Positions 50,949 to 62,000 are shown, counted from the stretch's first letter. The stretch is 64,000 bases of DNA from Bacteroidia bacterium (GCA_020054095.1 JAGVMA010000068.1:10913-74912), one strand, 5' to 3'. Notes: a model not told the origin generated them from the sequence alone. Made by a program: numbers and translations.

Positions 50949-51331
50949 ATGAATGAAGTGGAAGGTTATATTATGCTAACAGAAAACGATAATCAGCGCG
51001 AAATAATGCTGTTTTTTCATCAATTGTTTTCTATGTATCCTATGGTTAGTTCTAAAATCCGTTTTAAAGTTCCGTTTTACGACCAAAAAAATGGCTCTGT
51101 TATCTCAGTAAAATAAAAAATAACGGAGTAGAACTTGCTTTTATAAGAGGTAACGAGCTTAAAGATATGCACCATCTGCTAAATGCTAAAGGAAGGAAAC
51201 AGGTTTACGGCATTGATTTTTATTAATTAACTGACGAAAACATTGCTACCGCTACCGAAGTTTTTAATGCTGCACTCGATTTGGATAAAAAATTCAAATA
51301 CAAAGCAAAGCGGGTAAAAAAGAACAACTAA
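50949..51331 (+). pseudogene. DUF1801/YdhG-like pseudogene (frameshift plus nonsense codon), absent from ORF track
   Basis: MNEVEGYIM...KIRFKVPFYDQK, shift in A7 run (51085-51091) to WLCYLSKIKNNGVELAFIRGNEL...GRKQVYGIDFY, in-frame TAA 51224-51226, then LTDENIATATEVFNAALDLD to TAA 51331. Confidence 0.75.
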
Positions 51332-51391
51332 CTATTTCTTTGGCACACTTAATGCCATATTTTGGTAAGTTTGTTAGTGTAATTTTATCTT

Positions 51392-53353
51392 ATGAAAGTA
51401 AAGACATTTTTCTCCTATCTACTTGTAATGCTCGTGGTTTCGTGCAAGGCGCAATCACAAGGAAATTATTCTAGCACCAATAAAAAAGCAATTAAACTTT
51501 ACGAAAAAGCATCTGAGTTTTATCAGAACAAGCAAAGTGCTAAGGCGCTCGATGAATTATCAAAATGCCTTAAAACCGATTCACTTTTTGCTGAAGCGCA
51601 TGCACTAATGGGTTACATTTTTATTGATATGAAGAAGGATAACGAAGCAATAAAATCGTTATCAAAAGCAGTTTATATAAGCCCGAATTTTTATCGAAAA
51701 CTTTTTTTTACACTCGGTAGATTAGAGATGACTAAGGGTATGTATGCCGAAGCCAAAATGCATCTTTCACAATATCTTAAATCACCTAAGCTCGATCCGT
51801 TTTACGCCAATTATGCTCAATTGGATATTTTAAATTGCGATTTTGCAATTCAAGCGATGAAAAACCCGGTGGCATTTAATCCTAAAAACATGGGAGCGGA
51901 AGTGAATACCGATGGCTACGAATATTTTCCGGCAATTACTGCCGATAATTCTCAGTTTATGTTCACGCGTAATGTGCGCCCTGATAAAAATGATCCTAAC
52001 TCGCATTGGCAGGAAGATTTTTTTATTTCAAAAAATGTGGATGGAAAATGGACTGCAGCAAAAGGCATTAGCAATAATATTAATACGCAGGCCAATGAAG
52101 GCGCACCCACACTTTCTGTTGATGGACAAATTTTATTTTTCGTGATATGTGCTCAGGAAGAAGGTTATGGTGGCGAACGAAAAGGATATGGCAGTTGCGA
52201 TATTTTTTATTCGCAGTTAATAGGAACCAAATGGACAAAGCCGCAAAATGTGGGCTCGCCCGTTAATTCTAAAAATTGGGAAACTCAACCTTCTTTTTCA
52301 TCCGATGGCAAAACACTTTATTTTATTAGAGGAACATTAAATGAAGAAGGAGTTCGCGATAGAGATATTTGGATGGCGCAAATTCAAGACGATGGCAGGT
52401 GGAGTAATCCGGTGAGATTGAGCGATAAAATTAATACACCCGGAAACGAGGAGTCGGTTTACATTCACCCGGATAATCAAACACTTTATTTTGCATCTAA
52501 CGGCCACATAGGAATGGGCGGTATGGATATTTTTATGTGCAAGCGCGATGCGAATGGTGAATGGGGTAACCCCATAAACTTGGGTTATCCGATTAATACT
52601 TGGAACGATGAAAATAGTTTGCTTGTTAATGCACAAGGCAATGTTGCTTATTTTTCTTCTGATAGGGCGGGAGGCTTTGGTGGCATGGATATTTATTATT
52701 TTGAATTAGATAAAAGTTTGCAGCCGCAAAAAGTTACTTATGTGAAAGGAAAAGTTTTTGATAAAGAAACCAAAGCTCCATTGGAAGCTCGCTTTGAATT
52801 GATTGATTTGGCAACAGGAAAACAAGTTATTGTTTCAGGTTCTAATCCCGGCACGGGCGAATTTTTGGTTTGCTTGCCTCCTAACAAAGATTATATGCTG
52901 AATGTATCAAAAGAAGGATACTTGTTTTATTCGCAAAATTTTTCGCTGAAAGAACAAGTTGGGGATAAGCCCTATCAGCTTGATGTGCCACTTAGCAAAC
53001 CTAATGTGGATGAAATTGTGCGATTAGACAATGTTTTTTTTGATACAGATAAATTTGATTTGAAACCAGAGTCGAAAGCGGAGTTAAATAAATTGGTTGA
53101 TTTTTTGAAGAAAAATGCAGCACTTAAAATAGAATTACGCGGACACACCGATAGTGATGGCAACGACAAATCAAACCTCGTTTTATCTGATAATAGGGCA
53201 AAAGCTGTTTATCAATATTTAATTGACAACGGAATCACAAAAGAGCGTTTGAGTTTTAAAGGATATGGCGAAACGCTTCCGATAGAAAAAAACGATACGC
53301 CAGAAGGCAGACAAAAAAACAGAAGGACTGAGTTTAAGATCATTGCAAAGTAG
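51392..53353 (+). CDS. PorE-like lipoprotein: TPR, PD40/WD40 propeller, carboxypeptidase-regulatory-like and OmpA_C domains
   Basis: Lipobox VVSC; TPRs; P..S.DG..LYF repeats, GG.DIY; FFDTDK..L, IELRGHTD, LS..RA, G.GE..P, NRRTEF. TAAGTTTG at 51366-51373. Confidence 0.9.
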   Translation: MKVKTFFSYLLVMLVVSCKAQSQGNYSSTNKKAIKLYEKASEFYQNKQSAKALDELSKCLKTDSLFAEAHALMGYIFIDMKKDNEAIKSLSKAVYISPNFYRKLFFTLGRLEMTKGMYAEAKMHLSQYLKSPKLDPFYANYAQLDILNCDFAIQAMKNPVAFNPKNMGAEVNTDGYEYFPAITADNSQFMFTRNVRPDKNDPNSHWQEDFFISKNVDGKWTAAKGISNNINTQANEGAPTLSVDGQILFFVICAQEEGYGGERKGYGSCDIFYSQLIGTKWTKPQNVGSPVNSKNWETQPSFSSDGKTLYFIRGTLNEEGVRDRDIWMAQIQDDGRWSNPVRLSDKINTPGNEESVYIHPDNQTLYFASNGHIGMGGMDIFMCKRDANGEWGNPINLGYPINTWNDENSLLVNAQGNVAYFSSDRAGGFGGMDIYYFELDKSLQPQKVTYVKGKVFDKETKAPLEARFELIDLATGKQVIVSGSNPGTGEFLVCLPPNKDYMLNVSKEGYLFYSQNFSLKEQVGDKPYQLDVPLSKPNVDEIVRLDNVFFDTDKFDLKPESKAELNKLVDFLKKNAALKIELRGHTDSDGNDKSNLVLSDNRAKAVYQYLIDNGITKERLSFKGYGETLPIEKNDTPEGRQKNRRTEFKIIAK

Positions 53354-54412
53354 ATGAAGCTGAACTATTTTTTAGCATTCATTTTTTTCATTTCAGTTAA
53401 TTTTTGTTTCGCACAACAAAATAATATTAAACACACTGTTTATTTAATTGGCGATGCAGGAGATGATGAAAAGTCGGGAGATGCACTGCTGCGTTTGCAG
53501 AATATAATTACTAATGATAGTAATAGCTCTGTCCTTTTTTTAGGCGACAATGTTTATCCGCAAGGATTAAATATCAAATCTCAGTCTTCAAAAAATAAAA
53601 TGCTATCGCAACTTAGAGTACTCAAGACCTATAAAGGCAATGCTTATTTTATTCCGGGCAACCATGATTGGAAGGCGCAAAAAATAAATGGCTATAAATA
53701 TATTATTGACCAACAAAAATTTATTGATGCTTACGCTATTGATAGTTTAAAGAAATTAAAAAATGTAAATGATGGAATTTTTTATCCTTTAAGTGCTGCA
53801 CCAGGGCCTAATAGCTTTTTAATAGCAGAAAAATTACGTCTTGTGATAATTGATTCGCAGTGGTTTTTGCAACAGATGCCTTTTCATAAAGTGGGAACAT
53901 TTACTGATAAGTCTAAAAAGGAAACAGCAAAAATTTTTTACCAAAAAATGGATAGCATCTTATCATTTAGTAAAAAAAATGGTGAGCAGGTTATTCTTGC
54001 AGCACATCATCCGCTATTTTCAAATGGAGAGCACGGAAAAGAAAAAAAGTTTTTTGTTGCCTTAATAAGATATACTCCGTTTCAGGTTTTTGGATTAATG
54101 GGTTTGAATAGACTTAATTCGCAAAACATGGCACATCCAAGATATAAGAATTGGAAAAATAATATTTTAAGTATAATCAATAAATACGATAATATTTTAT
54201 ATGTGTCTGGTCATGATCATAATTTACAGTATCTGCAAATTAATGGCGCTGATTACATTGTGAGCGGTGCAGGCAGCAAAGTGTCGAAAATTAAATCAAA
54301 AAAGCACAATGCAAAAGGCAGTTACGATAATGCAACCGCCTTTGTCAGAATTGAGTGCTATCAGGATAATACTTTCCGAGTATTTTTTGAAATAGATTTA
54401 TTCCAAAATTAA
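53354..54412 (+). CDS. Exported calcineurin-like metallophosphoesterase
   Basis: GDAG, FLGDN.Y, PGNHDW, HHP, SGHDH, VSGAGSK. Confidence 0.9.
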   Translation: MKLNYFLAFIFFISVNFCFAQQNNIKHTVYLIGDAGDDEKSGDALLRLQNIITNDSNSSVLFLGDNVYPQGLNIKSQSSKNKMLSQLRVLKTYKGNAYFIPGNHDWKAQKINGYKYIIDQQKFIDAYAIDSLKKLKNVNDGIFYPLSAAPGPNSFLIAEKLRLVIIDSQWFLQQMPFHKVGTFTDKSKKETAKIFYQKMDSILSFSKKNGEQVILAAHHPLFSNGEHGKEKKFFVALIRYTPFQVFGLMGLNRLNSQNMAHPRYKNWKNNILSIINKYDNILYVSGHDHNLQYLQINGADYIVSGAGSKVSKIKSKKHNAKGSYDNATAFVRIECYQDNTFRVFFEIDLFQN

Positions 54413-54879
54413 TTTAAGCGCTCAAGCGTTTTTTTAATTTCATCAAAATTAGGGTACTCTCCAGCGTTGGCTAATACTTCGGCAAACTGAACCATACCCT
54501 CTTTGTCAATTACAAAAGATGCACGTTGCGCCACGCCTTTCAACCCTGCAATCCAATTTTCAATTTCGCAGCTATATGCCTTTATTGCTTCTTTGTTAAA
54601 GTCTGAAAGTAATGCGAAGTTCAGGTTTTGATCAGCTTTAAATTTTGCAAGCGAAAAAGGTAAATCAACTGAAATGCCGAATACCTGTGCATTCATGTTA
54701 TTGTAAAACGAAAGTTCATCGCGTGTTTGGCACATTTCTTTAGTGCACACGCCTGTGAATGCTGCCGGGAAAAATAAGAGTAAAACATTTTTCCCTTTTA
54801 GTGATGATAGAGCCACCATATTTTTATCCGAATCAGGTAAATTAAATTCGGGTGCTTTTTGTCCGATAGTGATTGCCAT
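54409..54879 (-). CDS. Peroxiredoxin (AhpC/TSA, AhpE-like)
   Basis: G..AP.F.L, FFPAAFTGVCTKEMC (PxxxTxxC), GISVD, LLSDFN, RA.FVID. Confidence 0.92.
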   Translation of the reverse strand: MAITIGQKAPEFNLPDSDKNMVALSSLKGKNVLLLFFPAAFTGVCTKEMCQTRDELSFYNNMNAQVFGISVDLPFSLAKFKADQNLNFALLSDFNKEAIKAYSCEIENWIAGLKGVAQRASFVIDKEGMVQFAEVLANAGEYPNFDEIKKTLERLN

Positions 54880-54884
54880 AATTT

Positions 54885-56444
54885 TTAGTTTTTGTTTATT
54901 GCTTTAAATATTGTTACGTTTTTTGTTTTTTTCACTTCCTCTAAATTATAATTAGAAAACAAATTAAACAAAATTTTTTTTTGCGTAGGTAAGTAGAAAA
55001 ATCTATTCTCGGCAAATATATATAGATTATCAACAGTGCCTTTGTAATTGTAATGTGTCCACCCATATTTTACGCCCACCGAATAGGTTTCTAAACTAAC
55101 CATTTGTCGGTTATTTTTTATTGTATTGGCGGCTTCGGGGCTGGTTACGTAAAATAAATTATTACCGGTTTTTAGCGAATCATCTAATCGTTTTAATTCT
55201 GCTAAAGCATCTTTGTCGTAGTAGTTGTATGCGAATCCATCCGATTGGGCCAAGTTTTTATTTACTATTAGTTTTTTATATGAGAATGTAGCAATGCCAT
55301 AAGTGGCTATTAAAATAATTCCGGCAAATGCAATTGTTTTTTTTCGGTTAAATATTTCTTGAAATCCGATGCATAAAATGGGTATGAATAGTATGCTGTA
55401 AAATCTAAAATGCCTGTATGTGTAGTCCATCCAATTTTCTTTTATAGAAAATAAAAAATATGCTAATGCAAATACGGTGTAAAAACATACGAAAAGTAAA
55501 ACCAAATCGTGATGGTTTTTTAATTTGTTTTTTAATAATAGAAGAATTAAAACTACCGCTACGCTTATCAGAAAGAAGACAAATGGCTTCATGGCAAAAT
55601 ATGTTTCTCTTATTTTGCTTGGTATTGATTCGTCTTCTATGTCGGATAAATTGATGATGCTTGCAAGAGGTGCTGCAGAAGCAACAAAACTGTTTTCAAG
55701 TTTTGTATGTTTGTAAATGCCTCCTTTTAGTTGAGATGAGTCAACTCCTTTATTTTGAAATGTTATTTTAAATGCACCAAATGCAATTAAAAATGGTATT
55801 GCATATATACAAGCGACTGTAATTCTTTTTTCTTTAAACTTTTTGTAGGCAAAAAACAAAATTGTTGCAGCGCATGCTATCAGTAGAGATAATTTTATCA
55901 TTATCATCAAAAATGTGCATGCGGAAATTATTAAAACCGAAACAATTGTTATTCTCTCTAACCTAAACATAATTAATGCATACCAAGGTAACGAAGCAAA
56001 TGCAAGCATTTCGCCCATTCCTAAATTGTAAAAATTAGTATTAAAATTAGAGCGATTGGTAATAAGTAGCAGCAGGGTAAGCCACACATACAACTCAGGT
56101 ACATTAAATTTTCTCAATAATTTATACATACCTATTAGCCCAAACACAAGGCATATTATTACAACTATTAAATAGGAATTGCCAGCGGAGAATCCAATCT
56201 TGAAAAACAGATATGGAATTAAATAATGTGCAGGCGACCAGGTGGAAATAAATACTTCTTTATCTAATGCTATATTCTCACCCGTTGGTTGGCTAATGCA
56301 GTTAAACGCTCCGCCATTTTCAATATTTTTTATACACATAAGCCCAACTGCTGTATCCTCGCTCAGGGCAATTGGGCTTATAATGTTTACTATTGAATAG
56401 TAAAAACAAATAATAACTACCAGCCATTTTAATGTTTTTACCAT
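54885..56444 (-). CDS. Polytopic membrane protein, probable GT-C-fold glycosyltransferase
   Basis: About 11-12 hydrophobic segments, acidic ED after TM1, W.P.HY, GE..A, IK, RHF motifs; soluble C-terminus. Confidence 0.55.
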   Translation of the reverse strand: MVKTLKWLVVIICFYYSIVNIISPIALSEDTAVGLMCIKNIENGGAFNCISQPTGENIALDKEVFISTWSPAHYLIPYLFFKIGFSAGNSYLIVVIICLVFGLIGMYKLLRKFNVPELYVWLTLLLLITNRSNFNTNFYNLGMGEMLAFASLPWYALIMFRLERITIVSVLIISACTFLMIMIKLSLLIACAATILFFAYKKFKEKRITVACIYAIPFLIAFGAFKITFQNKGVDSSQLKGGIYKHTKLENSFVASAAPLASIINLSDIEDESIPSKIRETYFAMKPFVFFLISVAVVLILLLLKNKLKNHHDLVLLFVCFYTVFALAYFLFSIKENWMDYTYRHFRFYSILFIPILCIGFQEIFNRKKTIAFAGIILIATYGIATFSYKKLIVNKNLAQSDGFAYNYYDKDALAELKRLDDSLKTGNNLFYVTSPEAANTIKNNRQMVSLETYSVGVKYGWTHYNYKGTVDNLYIFAENRFFYLPTQKKILFNLFSNYNLEEVKKTKNVTIFKAINKN

Positions 56445-56477
56445 TTTGTAAATAATTTGAAATAACTTACATCTTGC

Positions 56478-57749
56478 TTAAGCGAATAGCTTGTATTTTT
56501 TCATCATCACATTCACTTTTTTTCTGATGTCTTTCAATTTAGTGTCGTTAGCTCGGTTCATCAAGGCAGCGTCAAATAAATCAACAACTTTTATTATTTC
56601 TTTTTCTTTTAAACCGCGTGTAGTAATTGCAGCAGTGCCAACGCGCACACCTGATGTAACAAATGGTGATTTATCATCAAACGGAACCATGTTTTTATTT
56701 ACTGTTATATCCGCTTTTCCTAAAATAGCTTCCGCCTCTTTGCCTGTGATATTTTTTGTGCGTAGGTCAATCAGCATACAGTGGTTTTCTGTTCCGCCTG
56801 AAATTACATTGTAGCCCTTATCTATAAAACACTTAGCCATTACAGCTGCATTTTTTTTCACCTGCAGTGTATATTTCATAAAGCTGTTATCAAGTGCTTC
56901 GCCAAATGCAATTGCTTTTGCAGCAATTACATGCTCAAGCGGGCCGCCTTGTGTGCCGGGGAAAACAGCAGCATCAAGCAATGCCGACATCATTTTAATT
57001 TCTCCTTTTGGAGTTGTTAATCCCCATGGATTAGGAAAATCTTTTCCCATCATTATTACACCGCCTCGTGGGCCACGCAATGTTTTGTGTGTGGTGCTGG
57101 TAACAATGTGGCAATGTGGAAGCGGGTCGTTTAACAATCCTCTGGCAATTAAACCGGCCGGATGCGAAATATCTGCCATCAAGAGTGCATTTATTTTGTC
57201 GGCAATCTTGCGTAAGCGAACATAATCCCAATCGCGAGAATATGATGATGCGCCACAAATAATGAGTTTTGGTTTTTCTTTTAATGCAGTAGCTTCTACT
57301 TTATTGTAATCAATTTTCCCGGTTTCTTTTTCTACTCCATAAAAAGTTGGGCGGTAAAGTTTACCCGAAAAATTTACCGGTGAGCCATGTGTTAAGTGCC
57401 CTCCGTGCGATAAATCAAAACCTAAAATAGTATCGCCCGGTTTTAAAACAGCAAGCATAACTGCTGCGTTTGCTTGTGCGCCTGAATGTGGCTGCACATT
57501 TCCCCACTCGGCATTAAACAATGATTTTAATCTGTCAATAGCTAATTGTTCTACTTTATCCACCACTTCGCAACCGCCATAATATCTTTTTCCCGGTAAT
57601 CCTTCGGCATATTTATTTGTAAGTACCGAGCCCATTGCTTTCATCACTTGGTCGCTCACATAATTTTCTGATGCAATTAACTCGATGCCATATTTTTGGC
57701 GATGAGTTTCCTCTTTAATGTAGTCAAAAATCAATTTGTCTTTTTTCAT
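56478..57749 (-). CDS. glyA: Serine hydroxymethyltransferase
   Basis: [54 protein letters not shown]. Confidence 0.99.
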   Translation of the reverse strand: MKKDKLIFDYIKEETHRQKYGIELIASENYVSDQVMKAMGSVLTNKYAEGLPGKRYYGGCEVVDKVEQLAIDRLKSLFNAEWGNVQPHSGAQANAAVMLAVLKPGDTILGFDLSHGGHLTHGSPVNFSGKLYRPTFYGVEKETGKIDYNKVEATALKEKPKLIICGASSYSRDWDYVRLRKIADKINALLMADISHPAGLIARGLLNDPLPHCHIVTSTTHKTLRGPRGGVIMMGKDFPNPWGLTTPKGEIKMMSALLDAAVFPGTQGGPLEHVIAAKAIAFGEALDNSFMKYTLQVKKNAAVMAKCFIDKGYNVISGGTENHCMLIDLRTKNITGKEAEAILGKADITVNKNMVPFDDKSPFVTSGVRVGTAAITTRGLKEKEIIKVVDLFDAALMNRANDTKLKDIRKKVNVMMKKYKLFA

Positions 57750-57769
57750 GTTGCTTTATATTACGTGAG

Positions 57770-57777
57770 CAAAAGTA
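57770..57777 (-). promoter_or_regulatory. -7 promoter element for glyA
   Basis: Minus strand TACTTTTG, 20 nt upstream of ATG 57749. Confidence 0.65.
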
Positions 57778-57801
57778 TATTTTTATTAAATAGCAAACGG
57801 C

Positions 57802-58290
57802 TTATTCGTGGTTGTTTTTCGATGCGCTGTCGAGTTTGAAAAGTGGAATGAGGATAAACATCATAATGGGCGATTGCAGCCAGCCCATAAACCACCGTGG
57901 AAACTTATATGCCATTTCAATATTGCCAAATAGTTTAAGTACCCCGAACAATAGTAGTGCGAAAACGACAATTCCGCCATGTGCTATTAGTGTCCATTTC
58001 AGGTATTTAGAAGCAATAAATATGTGCTTTATAACCAAATAGGTGGCTGTAAAGTAAAGCAAGCAAAAAATGGCAGTAAGTACCCATTTTGAAATAAAAA
58101 GTGTTACGTAAGAGTAGTTTTCAATAAATTTTAAATCGGGTGAAATAACATAGTCAAATGTATTGTTGTAATATAACTGAGATAAACGGAAGTTAATATT
58201 GAGAAAAACATGGTCTCTGAAATAACCTAAAAGTATAATATAGGCAGCTATTATAAAAAAAAACAGGTATTTATTTTTTATTGTCGGCAT
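57802..58290 (-). CDS. Exosortase-associated membrane protein (XrtX/XrtF-associated type)
   Basis: Four TM helices, G..RD.VF..IN, KW.LT, Y...R..MG.LQSP...FILIP; overlaps exosortase end by 20 nt. Confidence 0.7.
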   Translation of the reverse strand: MPTIKNKYLFFFIIAAYIILLGYFRDHVFLNINFRLSQLYYNNTFDYVISPDLKFIENYSYVTLFISKWVLTAIFCLLYFTATYLVIKHIFIASKYLKWTLIAHGGIVVFALLLFGVLKLFGNIEMAYKFPRWFMGWLQSPIMMFILIPLFKLDSASKNNHE

Positions 58291-58834
58291 CAGTATCTGC
58301 TTTTTTAGAGAATATTGATTTGGCGAATTTATTTACCCAAACCATCCAAAGAAAAAATATAAAGCCGTAAATTAAAATATAAAATGTGTAATTGTGATTA
58401 AACTCGAGGTATGCCGGTGCTTTTAAAACGATAATGCAAAGTATTGTAACACGAATAATATTTAAAATGTGGATGAGAAGTATGCCTAACGGGATAAACC
58501 ACAGTTTCTTCTTTATAGGTCCGGGAAATGCAACAACAAATATTGTAAACAGCGAAAAGAGTGCAATGCCGTTGCATGGATCGCCAATCCAAAGACCATG
58601 TGTGCCGTCTATTCCTACTGTTCTTATCGTGTCGCTCTTAGCAGTGAAGGGCTGGTATCCTAATAAATAGAGTAGGTGAGAGGTGAAATAAACGGTATTG
58701 TTAATTGCGATGCTGTCTAATTTGCCAGATGGATGCAACAAAAATTCATAAAGGAAGTACCAGCACAAATAAAGTATTGAGAAAAAAACTAAAAAACGCG
58801 GAATTGGGTTTTTAGGAATTATGCTAAATGACAT
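58271..58834 (-). CDS. Exosortase (XrtX/XrtF-like)
   Basis: Polytopic; I.DPCNG (Cys), F...FPG..K.K.WFIP.G, LNIIRV (Arg), FNHNY.F (His), YGFIF.LW..WV. Confidence 0.9.
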   Translation of the reverse strand: MSFSIIPKNPIPRFLVFFSILYLCWYFLYEFLLHPSGKLDSIAINNTVYFTSHLLYLLGYQPFTAKSDTIRTVGIDGTHGLWIGDPCNGIALFSLFTIFVVAFPGPIKKKLWFIPLGILLIHILNIIRVTILCIIVLKAPAYLEFNHNYTFYILIYGFIFFLWMVWVNKFAKSIFSKKADTDADNKK

Positions 58835-59077
58835 TTAAGCTGAAACTTCGCTTTCGTTCGATTTGTTTTTACGAGAATCGTATAATTTCTTACCACCGTA
58901 CGCTACACCGGCAGCAATAAGCAAACTCACACCTCCATCAATTGGAACACATGGCGGTGGCCAGCATGGCGGGCCCATTGGCGGACCCATTGGCGGACCC
59001 ATTGCGGCAAATGAGTTAATACTCGATAAAAGTATAAGCGATAGTGTAGTATATAAGTAAATAAGCCTATTGTTCAT
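58835..59077 (-). CDS. Small PID-CTERM sorting-signal protein
   Basis: Signal peptide, (MGPP)3-CWPPPC, VPIDGG, hydrophobic VSLLIAAGVAYG, basic tail KK...RKNK. Confidence 0.88.
   Translation of the reverse strand: MNNRLIYLYTTLSLILLSSINSFAAMGPPMGPPMGPPCWPPPCVPIDGGVSLLIAAGVAYGGKKLYDSRKNKSNESEVSA
58967..59002 (-). repeat. 3 x 12-bp tandem repeat encoding MGPP
   Basis: Plus strand TGGCGGGCCCAT, TGGCGGACCCAT, TGGCGGACCCAT. Confidence 0.9.
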
Positions 59078-59088
59078 TATAAATTTTG

Positions 59089-62000
59089 TTATTTGTTTAT
59101 TACAATTTTGCGTGTTAAGGTACTATTGTTTACATTAATGTTTACAAAATAAACCCCCGCAGTTTCAATGTTGATATCCACCGCTTGTTTAAATGCGCTA
59201 ATGTTTTTTGTTGAGATTAACTCACCAATTGCATTGTAAACGGTGTAGCTAACATTGGTTAGCTCATCAAGATTAAACTGAATTTGCGGATTTGCAGAAC
59301 CATTGCTGTTTACACTTATCATGTTTTCGGAAACCGGCTTTTGTAGTTTTGAGGTTACATCAACACAGTTTGCGTTTTCGCTAATAAGGTGTAAAACAAA
59401 TCTATTTTGGTCGTCATCAACTTTTGCATCAAACGAATAAATTTGATTGTCTTTCAAGTTAACTCTAGTGCCCAATTGTAAATCCTCTAAAATTATACAC
59501 GAGTATTGTGCAGCATTTTCGATACCCGAAAGAGTTATGCTGTAATTACCATCAAAACCAATTTTAGTTTTAAGTGCTATTACATCGTGCTGTGTTGGAG
59601 CAAAGGTGTTGCGTGTGGTAAGAATGTTGTCAGCGCCTATCATACAGATGCTTGGGGCTAATTTTACGGGAGTTTTTACATAACGCGCATCAAGTCCTAA
59701 ATCATAATTCTTTGTCGCATTTTCATCAAAATTGATGCTTATTTCGTGCCAATAGTCTGTTCCTTTTCCGGTTAGTTTTAGTCTTAAACCATAAGTTGGT
59801 TGTACTATTCTATTGAACGCACTTGATGTGGATGTTGTTTTTGATGATTGTTCAAAATCAACAAAAGCACCAGCGCCCAGTGCATATACAAAAAAACCTT
59901 GCATTGGTGGGATGCTCACAGAACCGGTAAAGGAATTATAGTTGCCATTGTTATCAAGCATATAAAATGTTGGGTCAACATTAAATGTAGTAAGTAGGCT
60001 AAAATCAACATGTGAATGGAAAGGGTTACTGATAAGATTTGCGCCAGGATCAGCACTTGCAGAAAAAGTGAGGTTTGCGGTTTGTGTGCCGCTATTTGGT
60101 GTCCCTCTTGTATCTAGAGAACGCGTAGCAGTCCACGTAGTTAAATCATCACCCAAAAATATTTGATAGCCAACCGTAGGAGTTAAAGAAGTGCTTACGG
60201 ATGTAACTGCTACATAATCTGCCGCTGCTTCATCATAAGTAGTAACCGATTGAAAAGTAGGGCAGCAGGCATCACCATCCGGGCCACCCACACCGCTCAT
60301 GTACATTTCATTCGTAACTGATCCGTCCCAATCAGATAATGTTGAACTCGTTACTGCCGATCCGAAATCGTGCCAGTTAGCAGGTCGAGATGAAATGAAG
60401 CGCTGTAAAATAAATGTGCCGAAAAAAGTTCCGCTACCGCTGCCTATAATTGCAGTTTTAGTAGCATTTGATACCAAAGTAATTGTACCACCTGTATTTT
60501 GGAACATTCCTAAAGTTGGGGTTATTGAATTTGTAATAGTGTATGTTCCTGTAGTGGTTCTGATCCCAACTCCGGTGCAGTTTACGGTAAGATCGTAGAA
60601 TGTTGTGGCAACAGTAGCGGTTACTAATTGTAAGCCCGATGCTCTGTTAAAAGTAAAGTTTCCGCTTCTGGAATTTAAAGTAGCATTAAAAGCAGTATTT
60701 CCTGCAATAGTTACGGAATGGTTAGAAGTGCTCACATCAAACGTGCCGGCAGTTAAAGTAAATGTTCCGGTACATGTTATGGCTGAGCCAAGAGTAACCG
60801 AGCCACCAGCAGTTTTGTTCATTACAAAATTATTATATGTCTCACCACCGATTGCTGTAAGTGTACGAGTACCTGTATTAATCATATTCACTGTTCCGTT
60901 GCCTCCGGAGAATGTGCCCGCTGTACGAGACCAATTGCCATTGACAAAAATGGTTGATGAAGTTGATCCACCGTCAAGTGTACCCCCGGTAATTGTCATA
61001 TTGCCTGTCAGAGCGATGCTCGAATTTACAGTTGCAGTACCTGCATTCTGTTTTATAACATTGGCAAAAGTTTCAGGGGGGCTAGTTTTAGATATTGTTT
61101 GAGTACCGGATGTGGCTTGAAAAATAACAGTCCCATTTCGAGGCGTAAATGTGCCACCTGTATTATCCCAATTGCCAGAAATATATATCGCACGATTTGC
61201 GGTACTTGCGTCAAATGTCCCTGAGTTAATTGTGATACTCCCGGTTACCTGAATATTGCAACCCATCAAAACCGTACCTGATGAGGCGATAGTTAAATTT
61301 GTGAAATTCTCTTGTGCAGATTTGTTGATGTTTTGAGTGCTGCTACCATTAAATGTAACTGCCGCATTACTTGTGTTACCTATACCAACACCGTTCGTCC
61401 AATTGCCTGCAACAGACAAAAGAAAACCATTCCCATTGTATGAAGGTGAACCAGCAGCATTGATGGTGAAATTTCCATTTACTTGTGTATTTGCAAGTAG
61501 TGCCTTGGTGCCTGCATTGGAAAGCGATAAATGATGGTATGTGTTTCCGGCAGCAGCAAAAATACCTGCTGACGATGAGTAGGTTACTGTATTGGGATTA
61601 GCCGTTGCTGTAAGAGTTCCGCCCGAAGATGTAACACTTGTTGATAAAAGTAAAGACGCATTAGTATTATTTATGAAATTAGAACCGCTGGCTAATGTTA
61701 ATGAACCACCAACAAGATTTATAGTTCCGTTATTGGTTACAGTAACACCGGTATTAAGTATAATATTGCCCGCTTTAGTTATTGTGGTTGCGTTATTAAT
61801 AGTACCAGTACCGGCAAAAGTATAGTTGCCCGATGATGAAAACGCTCCACTTCCGCTTAACAAATGGCCTGTTCCGGAAAAAGAAATAGCGCCCGAACCA
61901 TTTAAAGTGCCTGCAACATTCAAAGTGCGCATTATGGTGATAGTGGTATTTAAACTTAATGTACCACCTACTTGTACATTTGCTGCTAAACATGAACCAC

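Noticed and set aside
51085..51226. Programmed frameshift, phase variation or stop-codon reassignment in the DUF1801-like gene
   Set aside because: Two independent lesions would both need bypassing, and TAA is the normal stop for most genes here.
58835..59077. Collagen-like protein or classical RiPP precursor
   Set aside because: The repeat period is 4 (MGPP), not Gly-X-Y. No RiPP maturases are nearby, and the C-terminus is a sorting signal.
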